A stretch of DNA of 40,986 nt. Origin: Acidobacteriota bacterium. Lineage in GTDB: Bacteria; Acidobacteriota; Terriglobia; Acidiferrales; UBA7541. A program made the position numbers and the translations under genes. Shown piece after piece: positions 1 through 9,713 of this stretch (position 1 is the stretch's first letter; each line of letters opens with the position of its first letter). The stretch is from assembly GCA_003224515.1 (NCBI GenBank), contig QHZC01000053.1, positions 1 through 40,986 on the forward strand. Direction: 5' to 3'. Under the pieces are notes generated by a model. That model did no database searches. It was not told the DNA's origin and saw only the letters and a list, made by a program, of their open reading frames with translations.

Positions 1-241
1 GATCGGACTACGAGCGAGCCCGAGTGTCCCATTCGTCCGGGCAAAAACGGTGCCCCAGACTTAGACTCAATTTGACTTCCAGCGATTTCGCAAAGCGAGC
101 ACCCTAGGTAGCCGAAAGCATTTGGATCCATCAGGTTTGCGAACTACTCTGTTCCGCGTCATTTTTGCAAATCTAAAAAACCTCTTGACGAGAAACTTGT
201 GAAGGTTTGTCCGGGACAGCACACTAGACTAGACTAGCCGA

Positions 242-964
242 ATGAAACGGCTGTCTGCCTTTGTGGTCTGCCTCCTAGCGGTTTGCTCGTGTGCGCCGCT
301 ATTCGCCGAACCCCCTCCGCGCTACCACACCGGTAATTTCGAGCGCCTCAACCGTAGCGATGGCCCGGAGGATGACGGGTTGGCTGACCGCTGTCTGCAC
401 AGCGGGCTGCCCGACTTCGGCAGCTTGTTCGGCGGCAGCTTCCGGCGAATCGTTCAGACGCCCGGCGGCATTTCGATGTTCTACGACATGAATCAGGGCC
501 AAGGCTGGCAGCGCAACATCGTCATGAACGGGAGCCCGCACCTGCCGGCCAGTATTCGCCAGTGGTTCGGCGATTCGCGCGGCCACTGGGAGGGTAACAC
601 GCTTGTGGTCGACGTGACCAACTTCAGTCCGAAGACCGATTTCTTCGGCTCGCGCGAGAACATGCACCTCGTTGAGCGCTGGACGCGCACCGGGCCAAAG
701 ACGCTCGAATACGAGGTCACGATCGAAGATCCGACCGTATGGACGCGGCCATGGACCGCCAAGCAGGAGCTCACCAAACAGAGCGACGAGGAGAACAGAA
801 TCTATTACGAGCCGCGCTGCATCGAAGGAAACCTCGGCTTGCCGGGGCTGCTGCGGGGTCGGCGCGTGGAAGAGCGCGCCTTTGCCGAGGGACGCGGCCC
901 CGATCCGAGGACCATCGACAACGTGGGTGGTGTGCAGTCCATTCAAGACGATCCGTTGCGGTAA
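242..964 (+). CDS. Secreted hypothetical protein of an uncharacterised family common in Acidobacteria; possibly internally deleted
   Basis: N-terminal signal-like segment MKRLSAFVVCLLAV. Recognisable family blocks GDSRGHWEGNTLVVDVTNF, YEVTIEDPTVWTRPWT and YEPRCIEGN. Confidence 0.65.
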   Translation: MKRLSAFVVCLLAVCSCAPLFAEPPPRYHTGNFERLNRSDGPEDDGLADRCLHSGLPDFGSLFGGSFRRIVQTPGGISMFYDMNQGQGWQRNIVMNGSPHLPASIRQWFGDSRGHWEGNTLVVDVTNFSPKTDFFGSRENMHLVERWTRTGPKTLEYEVTIEDPTVWTRPWTAKQELTKQSDEENRIYYEPRCIEGNLGLPGLLRGRRVEERAFAEGRGPDPRTIDNVGGVQSIQDDPLR

Positions 965-1141
965 CGCGATGTCACCACCGCGTGTCCCCGAGGACAGCGC
1001 CAACTCACCGCCGAATCACTGAAGGGGTCACTGCCAAGTTTTGTCATTTCAGCCAATTTTCCAATCCGTCCGGTGATCCACAACTGATACCATTCGCTGG
1101 ATTTTTTCATGGGGTTCTTAAAATCAAGAATCGGTTTAAAT

Positions 1142-1720
1142 GTAAGCGTTAAACCAGATGCACGGAGGACGTTGCAGTGGAATGGCTACGAACACGATGG
1201 TGCGCCGACACCGGTGAGTTCACGCGGAGTGCGCGGGGGGAGCAGGCTTCCAGTGACCAGGCAGCAGTTGGTGGATTTCGGTGATTTTAGTCGAAGGCAG
1301 CCGACCGAGGACATCGCTGAGATAGTTCTGCGGGTTGATGCCGCGGTGCCGGCAGCTGAGCAACAGGGAATAAATTACGGCGCTGCGCCACCCGGTTCGC
1401 GGATGACCGATGAACAACCAGCGACGCCGTCCCACCGCCGTGGGACGGATGGCATTCTCGATGAGATTGTTGTCGATTTCAAAACGACCGTCCCGCAGGT
1501 AGCCCTGCAGGGCTTTGTATTCGTTTAAAAAATAGTTCACGGCCTTGCCCATGATGCTCTGCGGCAACAGCTTCGGTCGTAGTTCCTCGGCGCGGGTTTG
1601 CAGCAGGGCCCAGAGAGGAGGCGCTTGCAACTGCCGCAGAGCGTGGCGCTCGGTATGCTCCAACGCGCGGGCCGCAGATTCGATGCGATACAACTCACGA
1701 ATCTTTCCGATGAACCACAC
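1142..1720 (-). mobile_element. IS66-family element remnant (right end only)
   Basis: GTAAGCGTT at 1142-1150 matches the IS66 GTAA(GCG) terminus and lies 78 bp beyond the tnpC stop. No tnpA, tnpB or left end is present. Confidence 0.8.
1220..1720 (-). pseudogene. tnpC: IS66 transposase TnpC, C-terminal fragment
   Basis: Motifs LYRIE, KAVNY, DGRFEIDNNLIENAIRPTAVGRRRWLF, YSLLLSC, GINPQNYLSDVL and LLPGHW. Only 166 aa; the 5' part is missing. Confidence 0.9.
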
Positions 1721-2892
1721 CGACGGTCAAGGGCATTCGAGTTGAACGGATTACGTGCGATGAGGAGGAGCGCACACGAGAGGGCTACGAACTCGAATTG
1801 CACTATCGCCTTGCTTCCGGAGCAGATGGAAATGCAATCCAAGAGAAAGCCGTGGCTGCAACGGCAGGTGGGCGCGAGCTACTGCACCTCACCGAAGGGC
1901 CCCAGGCAAGCCTCTGGAGGGTCAATCGTGGGTGGCGCCGCTCGGATCACAGGGGATTCAGCATGGACAGCAAGACCGGCTTCTGGATCCGAAGGCCCGG
2001 AGATGACGATCGAGAGGGAGACATTGACACAGCGCGATTGATCAACGGCGTGCTGCCCTTCGTGCGCGACACGCGCAATATCTTGCTGGTGAGGCCATCG
2101 TTGGCTTCAGTCGCTAAAGAGGACACGGAAGCGTTCCTGGCGAGCCTCAGCTATGCGCTGCAACGCGGCAGTCAACTGCTGTTCCAGGTCGAAGAACAAG
2201 AATTGTCGGTGACACGAATTGGTGATGGAGATGAGCACCGCATCTTGTTTTGGGAAGCAGCGGAGGGAGGCAGCGGCGTGTGGTCACGGCTGATCGAAGA
2301 CCAAGCCGCCGTCGGTCAGGTTGCTACCGAGTCTTTGAAGCTCTGTCATTTTGATCCCGAGACCGGAAATGACGTCGCCGAGGAAGAAAAGTGCAGCCGG
2401 GCGTGCTACAGGTGCCTCCTGAGCTACACCAACCAGCCGGATCACCGCCTGCTCAATCGATTCTTGGTCCGTGACTTCTTAAATCAGCTTCGGCAGGCTG
2501 TAACCACCCGCCAAACGACCGGCAGGTCATACGAAGACCACTACCAGTGGTTGCGAGAGAGGATAGATCCTAACTCGAACCTGGAAGCTCAGTTCTTGGA
2601 GACGCTGTTTACCTTCCGACGCCGCCTTCCAGATCGTACGCAATTCCGACCCGAGGCTGGCGTTTACGCTGAGGCCGACTTTTATTACGACAGGGACGAC
2701 CTAAGAGGCGTTGCAGTCTTCGTGGACGGTCCACATCACGATGCGCCAGCACAAAGCGAAGCTGACCAGCGGGAGCGCAAGAAACTGGAGGATCTAGGCT
2801 ACCGGGTCATTGTCATCCGCTACGACAGACCTTTGGCGGATCAGGTTTCCGAAAAGGCCGATGTTTTTGGCCCAGGGCTATCCCGAGCATAG
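1720..2892 (+). pseudogene. C-terminal fragment of a large DEAD/DEAH helicase with DUF1998 (Zn-binding) and terminal DUF559/Vsr-like nuclease domains
   Basis: The frame is open from ~1714 (RVERITCDEEERTREGY). It contains SLSYALQRG, ILFWEAAEGGSGV, the Cys cluster LCH...CSRACYRCLLSYTNQPDH, and a nuclease-like ADFYY...VFVDGPHH...LEDLGYRVIVIRY. Helicase motifs are absent, so it is 5'-truncated. Confidence 0.8.
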
Positions 2893-2948
2893 CCCGCCTA
2901 AGACCCAACGTCCTCGAGCTCGATGCCGCCCCGTCTGCTGACGTGACC

Positions 2949-2999
2949 ATGAGGATGAAACACCCGCTGCGAGTGTATGGGATAGATTTCAGTGGCGCC
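2949..2999 (+). pseudogene. N-terminal stub of a DUF429-like (RNase H-fold) protein
   Basis: MRMKHPLRVYGIDFSGA resembles the GIDFSGA first strand of DUF429-like nucleases. The sequence switches to transposase immediately afterwards. Confidence 0.5.
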
Positions 3000-4626
3000 C
3001 AAGCCCCGCATCGTCCACCAAACCTATCTCGGCACCGCCGAGCGCATCGCCGCGCTGCTGCAAAACCGCACCGCGCCGCTGCCTTTATCCATCACCACCG
3101 TCGACCTCGGCCTGCCCGGAGCTCTCTGGCAGGCCGCCCAGCAGTCCGGAGTCTGGCCCGTGCTCGAATCGCTCTGGCCGAAGCCGCCGTCGGGTCCCTC
3201 CACGGCACACTATCTGCTGTTGGCTGCCATTCACCGCATCTGCCAGCCAGGCCCGAAAACCGAAGTAGCCCCTTGGTATCGCGACACCATTCTGTCTTCG
3301 CGCTGGGGTTTCCCGGCCGAGCGCTTCACCTCGCAGGAATTCTGGGATGCCTTTGATCGTATCCAGACCGGCCCTAGTGGAGAAGAGGATGAACTCGAGC
3401 AGGCGCAGTCGCGCCTGCTGGCGATCTGGCAAGACCGGCAATTAATCAGCCGCCGCCTACTGGCCTATGACACAACGAATTTCTACACTTGGGTCGCCAG
3501 CACCAACACACGCAACACCCTGGCGCAGCGCGGGCACAACAAGCAAGGTCGGCATAATCTGCGGCAGGTGGGCTTGAGCTATGTGTTGGACGGAGAAAAC
3601 GGGCTCAGCCTCTGTCATCACGTCTATCCAGGGAACGTCGCCGATGCCGAAGAGTTTCCCATCGCCTTAGCGCGGATCGTGGCTTTGCTGGATCGGCACG
3701 GGATGGCTCGGGATACGGTGACGCTGGTGGTAGATAAGGGATCAGCGGCGTTGGCCAATACCGTGGAGTTGCAGCAGGCGGGTGTGGGCTGGATCTCGGC
3801 CCTGCCCTGGAACCAGGCGCCAGAAGAATTCCGGGAGCGCCCGGTCGAGGAGTTGCCGGCATTGAGTAGCCGCCAGCCCGGGGTGCGCGCCGCCGCCGAA
3901 CCGATGGTCGTACATGGCCAGGAATATTTGTGCGTGGTGAAGTATTCAGCGCCGTTTGCCAGCGAGCAGTTGCACAGCCTGACCACCGCGCTCAGCAAAG
4001 CGCTGCCAGCGATGCGCCGCTTGTCGGTCGAACTCGCCAAACCCGCAGCGCAGTTCACCGAAGCGGGGATCCGCAACAAGATCGCACGCTGGTTAGCGGC
4101 GGCCTTTGTCGCCGAACTGGTGCGCTACCAACTGGAGCAGCACGATGGCCGCTGGCATTTGCAGTTCGATTTCGATACGGCCGCTTTCGAGCATTTGCTC
4201 GCGCATCGTCTGGGCCGCACCACGCTGTTGACCAACCGCAGGGACTGGACCGCCGAACAAGTCGTCGAAGGTTACTCCGGACAGCAGCAGATCGAACGGG
4301 TGTTCGGCGGGCTGAAAGAAGGGGATTGGCTGGGAGGGGGGCCGATGTATCACTGGACCGACCAAAAGATTCGCGTCCATGCCTTCTACTGCATGTTGGG
4401 AATCTCGTTGCTGCAGTACATCTACAAGAAAGCCCAGGCCGCCTGGGCGGGGCTTTCGATGGAACAGTTGCTGGAGGAACTTCGTCAGATTCAACAGTTC
4501 GCCCTGCTCTACCCTCCCCAGAGTGAAAAGGGACCCAACCGCGTGGCTCTGGTTTTCTCGCAACAAACCCTGGCTCAACAAAGCCTAGCAAAAGAGCTGG
4601 GCTTGGACGCGCTGCGGAGTACCTAA
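2992..4626 (+). CDS. IS1634-family DDE transposase, lacking its first ~20-25 residues
   Basis: KPRIVHQTYLG, LAYDTTNFY (D), GHNKQGRHNLRQVGL, VYPGNVAD, VVDKG (D), Y..QQQIERVF..LK (E) and HWTDQKIRVHAFYC. Confidence 0.88.
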   Translation: MAPKPRIVHQTYLGTAERIAALLQNRTAPLPLSITTVDLGLPGALWQAAQQSGVWPVLESLWPKPPSGPSTAHYLLLAAIHRICQPGPKTEVAPWYRDTILSSRWGFPAERFTSQEFWDAFDRIQTGPSGEEDELEQAQSRLLAIWQDRQLISRRLLAYDTTNFYTWVASTNTRNTLAQRGHNKQGRHNLRQVGLSYVLDGENGLSLCHHVYPGNVADAEEFPIALARIVALLDRHGMARDTVTLVVDKGSAALANTVELQQAGVGWISALPWNQAPEEFRERPVEELPALSSRQPGVRAAAEPMVVHGQEYLCVVKYSAPFASEQLHSLTTALSKALPAMRRLSVELAKPAAQFTEAGIRNKIARWLAAAFVAELVRYQLEQHDGRWHLQFDFDTAAFEHLLAHRLGRTTLLTNRRDWTAEQVVEGYSGQQQIERVFGGLKEGDWLGGGPMYHWTDQKIRVHAFYCMLGISLLQYIYKKAQAAWAGLSMEQLLEELRQIQQFALLYPPQSEKGPNRVALVFSQQTLAQQSLAKELGLDALRST

Positions 4627-4710
4627 CGAGGGCAATACAACCGCTGCTCTTTGAACTTCTTCCCGGTCAGCGACTTACCTCTCTCTTTTTCAAATTCCGA
4701 GTAAACTACC
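2999..4710 (+). mobile_element. IS1634-family element, left end missing; right boundary approximate
   Basis: Transposase plus ~85 bp of downstream sequence ending ...CCGAGTAAACTACC. No matching left IR or target duplication was found. Confidence 0.55.
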
Positions 4711-5065
4711 TTCTAGCGCGAGCCGCTTGAACGAGCCATCTGGGAGTCGCCGAAAACAGTGTCAGGGACGTCTAATTCTCAAATTCTCATTAGGACACGC
4801 CTGGGAAGACAGCCGAGACCCGTGGTCGTAAGGGTCTTGAGAGTCGCATGCGCGGATATCGGGAGAATCCCTTTGTGGTGATGCAGTGGTTGGTCCTCCA
4901 TCACCTTATAAGCAATGGAGTTCTGCGAACACGCAGCCCTAAGGGAAACGCTCGATTGCGTTGTCCGTTCGAGCGCGCCAGGACAGTGTCCGGGAATTAC
5001 CCTTCTTGCCAGTTGCGTGGATACACCGGACCTATGACATATTATAGAAGGAGACCTTCACCTTT

Positions 5066-7000
5066 ATGGGAAATTGGGTTCGTAAGATCGTGAAACATAT
5101 CGCTACTATTCTAACCTTTATCCTGCTTTTAATGGCTCCGGACTCTGCTCGCGCGCAGCTTTGGTCTGGGATTATTAACCCGAGCCGCGCCGTTGATTGG
5201 TCGAACGTGGGCGTCATAGGCGGCATACCGAACCGCACCACTATTTGCGCCACACTGAATCCGGGCGCTACAGCGGCCCAGATCAATGGCGCGATCGCGT
5301 CATGCCCCAATGGGCAGGTTGTATTTCTGAATGCAGGCACTTACAACCTCTCGGGCGGGATCGTCTTCAATAACAAGTCAAACGTTACTCTGCGCGGCGC
5401 TGGACCAGACCAAACTTCTCTCGTTTTCTCAGCCGGGGGCGCTTGTGCCGGTTGGAGCGGTGCTGACGTGTGCTTGATGACCGCGGATACCGGCGATGCC
5501 GGTGACGGCAACTATAGCAACGCGGCGACCTGGACTGCCGGTTACTCCGTGGGAACAACGACTATAACGTTCGGCGCTATCACCACGGGCAATATAAGCA
5601 ACTTGCATATAGGTAGCCAAATCTTTCTGGACCAAACGGACGACGCAAGTGACACTGGGCAAGTCTACGTTTGTTCAGCCTCGGGCGTGTGCAGTACATC
5701 AGGTAGCTCGGCTAATGGGCGACCTGGCAGAGGCCAGGTTCAACCGGTACGCGTAACATCCATTTCCGGCTCCGGGCCGTGGACAATCGGCATCATGCCT
5801 GGCATTAGAATGCCGAACATCGCCTCGGCCCATTCTCCCGCGGCATGGTGGGACAATGACTTGCCAATCCAGAACGACGGCATCGAGAACGTAACTGTAG
5901 ACAACACTCCAAACCCTGCCTGCTGTATCAACGGAATATTCATGATGAACGGCTATAACAACTGGGTAAAAAACGTTCGGTCCGTTAACGCGGCACAAAA
6001 ACACGTATGGCTTTACCAGACCTCCCACGTCACGGTTCGCGACAGCTATTTCTATGGCTCGCAACCGACCTCAGACCATTACGCTACTGATACCTTCGTG
6101 GGCGCGGACAATCTCATCGAAAATTGCATTTTTCAGCACATTGGCTTCCCCATGATGCACGAGGGCAGCATCGGATCCGTAGGAGCCTATAATTACGCGG
6201 TTGATGATTACTATACGGGGACTCCCACCGGGAGCGCCCCTGACTGGCAACAGGCTTCTACTTACCAACATTCCGTGGGCGATGCTTTCATTCTGTGGGA
6301 AGGCAACATCGGCATCGGAATGACGAGCGATGACGTTCACGGCACCTCAAACTTCGGCACCGCTTTTCGTAACTACTGGAACGGCAGGGACATGGCAGGT
6401 GGCAGCAGTGGAGGAAAAACTTCGCAGACCAATGCCGTGATTCTCAACACCTACAATCGCTTCTACAACATCGTTGGCAACGTGTTAGGCACTTCCGGTT
6501 ATCACAACAATTACATATCAGGAGCTGCCAGCCCCGCGAATTGTAATACTTCTATCTATGTGCTGGGTTGGGGAGGAAACTGCGGTAGCGGTTCGATTCC
6601 CAACGACCTTCTGACTATTACCACAATAATGCTCTGGGGTAACTACGATACTTTCAATGGCGCGGCTCGCTTCGTGGCAGCGGAAGTGCCGGCCACTATC
6701 AGTCAGTTTGCAACCGCGGTTCCACTCAACAACAGTCTTCCGAATTCCTTCTACCTGAATGCTAAACCTTCTTGGTGGCGGACGACGCCGTGGCCCGCTA
6801 TTGGGCCGGACGTCACGGGAGGGAACGTGCCCGGGGTTGGCGGCCATGCCTACCTAACTCCCGCGGCAAATTGCTATTTGACCGTAATGGGTGGGAAAAC
6901 GGATGGCAGCAGCGGGCTTCTCACCTTCAATGCGAACAACTGCTACGGAACCTCAACTCTACCAGCCCCGCCAACGAACCTCAGCATCGTTGTTCACTGA
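5066..7000 (+). CDS. Secreted pectate-lyase-like right-handed beta-helix protein (putative polysaccharide-active enzyme)
   Basis: Signal peptide ending ARA-Q. Beta-helix opening INGAIASC..VVFLNAGTY..VTLRGAG, Asn-rich rungs (NNWVKNV, DNLIENC, YNIVGNVLG). AGGAG at 5049-5053. Confidence 0.8.
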   Translation: MGNWVRKIVKHIATILTFILLLMAPDSARAQLWSGIINPSRAVDWSNVGVIGGIPNRTTICATLNPGATAAQINGAIASCPNGQVVFLNAGTYNLSGGIVFNNKSNVTLRGAGPDQTSLVFSAGGACAGWSGADVCLMTADTGDAGDGNYSNAATWTAGYSVGTTTITFGAITTGNISNLHIGSQIFLDQTDDASDTGQVYVCSASGVCSTSGSSANGRPGRGQVQPVRVTSISGSGPWTIGIMPGIRMPNIASAHSPAAWWDNDLPIQNDGIENVTVDNTPNPACCINGIFMMNGYNNWVKNVRSVNAAQKHVWLYQTSHVTVRDSYFYGSQPTSDHYATDTFVGADNLIENCIFQHIGFPMMHEGSIGSVGAYNYAVDDYYTGTPTGSAPDWQQASTYQHSVGDAFILWEGNIGIGMTSDDVHGTSNFGTAFRNYWNGRDMAGGSSGGKTSQTNAVILNTYNRFYNIVGNVLGTSGYHNNYISGAASPANCNTSIYVLGWGGNCGSGSIPNDLLTITTIMLWGNYDTFNGAARFVAAEVPATISQFATAVPLNNSLPNSFYLNAKPSWWRTTPWPAIGPDVTGGNVPGVGGHAYLTPAANCYLTVMGGKTDGSSGLLTFNANNCYGTSTLPAPPTNLSIVVH

Positions 7001-7118
7001 GTTCCTGGCAATTCTGGATAACAGGGAACCATATGAAAACTGGTTCCCCAAGCCGAGGGGTCGGCATAGCTGGTCTGCCGAATCTCGAATCACCGAATCA
7101 CCTCATGATGAGGAGTTT

Positions 7119-7901
7119 CTAACTGCTGCTCACAACGAAAGACGGGGTACGCAGCACTTCCAAAGCTTGAGCCACAGGCAAGATTCGCGCGCCCGAACCC
7201 ACGGCGTATTGCAGAATATTTTCGAAGAAATGCGGGGAGCAGCCCCAAGGAGTGGGGTCGCCAGAGATATCGTGAGTCGCAAAAATGAGCCATCCTCGAG
7301 CCCGCCGATTTTGGTCAATCAGATTCTTCACCGTTTGAGGGTCGTCCCTACTCTTTTCCAAAAAATACGCAGCGAGGTAATTAAGATCCGCCGTTCCAGC
7401 ATTGAAGGTCTGCCCTCCGCCGCGGCAGCATGAGAAATGTCTGGCCGCCCTCTGCTTTGTCCGGGCTCGAGGGACTCCTATTGGGTAGGAGAACGTTCGG
7501 AAAGAGACCCCTGGACAAAGTTTTCTGAGAGCTTGTTGGTTTTCGATGATCGAGTTCTCAAAAGCATCGGGCTTCGTATCCCACGCATGGCAATGACCGA
7601 AGGTATGACATCCTAACTCATGTCCTTGCTCTAAGAGTGCGTTCAAATCTTCAGGAATAAACATTGTTCCTGTCGGAGCTCGCCTCCCCATTAGGCCAAG
7701 TGATGCATAATAGGTCCCTCCAAGCGCGTAATGTTTCAACATGGCCCCGCCCGTCTGCAAGGCTGACCGCGGAAAATCATCGAACGTGAATGAAATGAGA
7801 GGGATGTCGGTCCTAATCGCTAGCGGGCGCCTGAAGAAGAAACGGGCGCTACCCCGCATATAACGGCCTCGAACGCGTGTCCAATAAGTAGGAGAAGCCA
7901 T
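7119..7901 (-). CDS. Polysaccharide deacetylase (NodB/CE4 family)
   Basis: SFTFDD, HELGCHTFGH, FSYPIG and IFATHD motifs. Confidence 0.9.
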   Translation of the reverse strand: MASPTYWTRVRGRYMRGSARFFFRRPLAIRTDIPLISFTFDDFPRSALQTGGAMLKHYALGGTYYASLGLMGRRAPTGTMFIPEDLNALLEQGHELGCHTFGHCHAWDTKPDAFENSIIENQQALRKLCPGVSFRTFSYPIGVPRARTKQRAARHFSCCRGGGQTFNAGTADLNYLAAYFLEKSRDDPQTVKNLIDQNRRARGWLIFATHDISGDPTPWGCSPHFFENILQYAVGSGARILPVAQALEVLRTPSFVVSSS

Positions 7902-8096
7902 TCTAAGTCTTTCCCAGTAGCGGCAATTTCAATAATCTAATTTAATTTAGTGCTCATCTCGTGAATTTCACCTCTTACATCCTGGACAGGGGGAACGCGA
8001 GGATTTCGCAAAACGCCCCCCCGAGTGCCCACGAGTCATGATGGTTCTCTGACATCCTTTGCGTGCTTGCGCTGCAAATTCGACATCAACTTGGAA

Positions 8097-9713
8097 TCAG
8101 CTTCCAGTGAGCGCAGAGACGGCTCCTTGTCCAGCGCTTGCGGGCTTCGCTCCCATAGGGCCACTGATTGAAGGCACGGGGATAAATGGCTTGGTCGATC
8201 TGCTCCGTGGAAATATTTCTCGCATGAGTCCTGCAACGAGCCGAAGTGGATCGCAGCCTCGATGAAAAAGAATGACCGCAGACAGGTACAGCGCGCCGAA
8301 CAACGCCGAAGTACTCACAATGCGAACAAACGCCGCCCTTGGTCCGTAGGACGCGTAAAGCGCGCCCGCTTCTCTGACAATTAACCCGGATGCGCAGCCT
8401 GCTAGCAGAGAAGCGAGAACATACTTCCAGACCGCGGCGATAACGGGGAAAACCCCAAGACGCAGGGGTTTTGCCGCGTACCAGAACGCCGGGATGGTAA
8501 GCAACCAAAAAGACGCTGTCCAAGCTAGGGCGACTCCTGCGGGGCCCCAATGCAGGCCCAGGATAAACAGCAGGCCCGTAAAGACGAACTCCACGACGCT
8601 CCAACGGAACCAGCGGTCCGCCCTGCCAATGGAGAGATGGATCCAGCCATGGGTGGTGTAGAGAAGCATAATGCCAATTCCAGGCCCAAAGAACGCGAAG
8701 ATCCGACCCGACTCTTCCCATCGTGGTCCGAGCAAAAGCCGAATTATATCCTTGCCGACTAGCGTGAGATCTGCCCCTACTCCCATGCCCACGAAGGCCA
8801 TAACACCCAGAGTGCTCAGAAGATATCGTCTGTACTGAACGGAGTCCCGCCTGAACTGACTCAGGGCCGAGACGGCGACGGCTGTAAGCGGTGAGACAAG
8901 TTGGCTCACTGAAAGAGCGAACAGATCGTATGCCTTCTTGTAGACACCGAGTGCCTGCGCATTGAAACGCCATCCCACCAGGAGGTTGTCCGTGTTCCGC
9001 GCAAAGTAGTTCACACTGAATTGCCCGTAAACGTGCATTGCGAACCGCACCACCGAAGCCGTGCCAGGCACGCGCCGCGGTGGGCGCGGGACCCATCGAC
9101 AAAGCTCCCAAGCCCCTATTGATGTAATCAGTGGCAGCGCGAGCACGCCCGCCACAAGGGCCCAGTATTTCCATCCTGCCCAGGCGAGGAAAATCGATAC
9201 GGTTACGGAAACAGCGCGGGCGAGTATGTCATTGGCAGAGACGACAGAGAAACGCATAGCTCGCTTGAGGAGGGCTAAATGTAAAACCGAAGTGCTGGTA
9301 ATGAAAATCGTGGGCGAAATGCCGAAGGTAACGCTGGCCACGCGCGCATCGCGGTAGAACCAAGCGAGTAAAGAGCCCGCAGCCGCAAATCCGATGGTGA
9401 GAACTACACCTGCAGCCAGGTTGATCCAGAACAGGTTACTGGCTATTGCATCATCAATCCGTTCCAGCTGGATGACGGCCTCGGTAAACCCGTTCACCCC
9501 GAAGTTCATAAGAAGCAGGCTGAAAGTGGTGACCATGGTCACGACCCCGAAATCGCCAGGGGTGAGAAGTCGGGCTAAGACCACGGTGGCAATGATCTGG
9601 ACGGTGAGCGCCAGGCCTTGGCCAAACACCGTAACTGCGGCGCCTCGGACGGCGAGACGGCGCACTCCCTCTGAGCTGGGTCGGAACGCTCCGGTTGCAT
9701 CGAAGGGCTTCAA
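8097..9713 (-). CDS. wzx: Wzx/WzxC-like polysaccharide flippase
   Basis: VLARLLTPGDFGV, NTDNLLVG..LGVYKKAY and many TM segments. TTG start overlaps the upstream stop. Confidence 0.92.
   Translation of the reverse strand: MKPFDATGAFRPSSEGVRRLAVRGAAVTVFGQGLALTVQIIATVVLARLLTPGDFGVVTMVTTFSLLLMNFGVNGFTEAVIQLERIDDAIASNLFWINLAAGVVLTIGFAAAGSLLAWFYRDARVASVTFGISPTIFITSTSVLHLALLKRAMRFSVVSANDILARAVSVTVSIFLAWAGWKYWALVAGVLALPLITSIGAWELCRWVPRPPRRVPGTASVVRFAMHVYGQFSVNYFARNTDNLLVGWRFNAQALGVYKKAYDLFALSVSQLVSPLTAVAVSALSQFRRDSVQYRRYLLSTLGVMAFVGMGVGADLTLVGKDIIRLLLGPRWEESGRIFAFFGPGIGIMLLYTTHGWIHLSIGRADRWFRWSVVEFVFTGLLFILGLHWGPAGVALAWTASFWLLTIPAFWYAAKPLRLGVFPVIAAVWKYVLASLLAGCASGLIVREAGALYASYGPRAAFVRIVSTSALFGALYLSAVILFHRGCDPLRLVAGLMREIFPRSRSTKPFIPVPSISGPMGAKPASAGQGAVSALTGS

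Noticed and set aside
223-238. Short ACTAG tandem repeat upstream of the first gene
   Set aside because: Only about three units, with no evidence of function.
1024-1062. GGGGTCACTGCCAAGTT..., resembling a transposon or IS terminal repeat
   Set aside because: No partner inverted repeat or cognate transposase was seen, and the family cannot be assigned by eye.
4711-4802. Possible further IS end (...CTCATTAGGACACGCC)
   Set aside because: Vague resemblance only, with no matching end or ORF.
5047-5059. GAAGG-AGA-CCTTC hairpin covering the putative RBS
   Set aside because: A 5-bp stem with a 3-nt loop is too weak to call a regulatory element.
8086-9174. 362-aa alternative-frame ORF inside wzx
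   Set aside because: Overlaps a well-supported gene, is Arg/Gly-rich and has no motifs; a shadow ORF.
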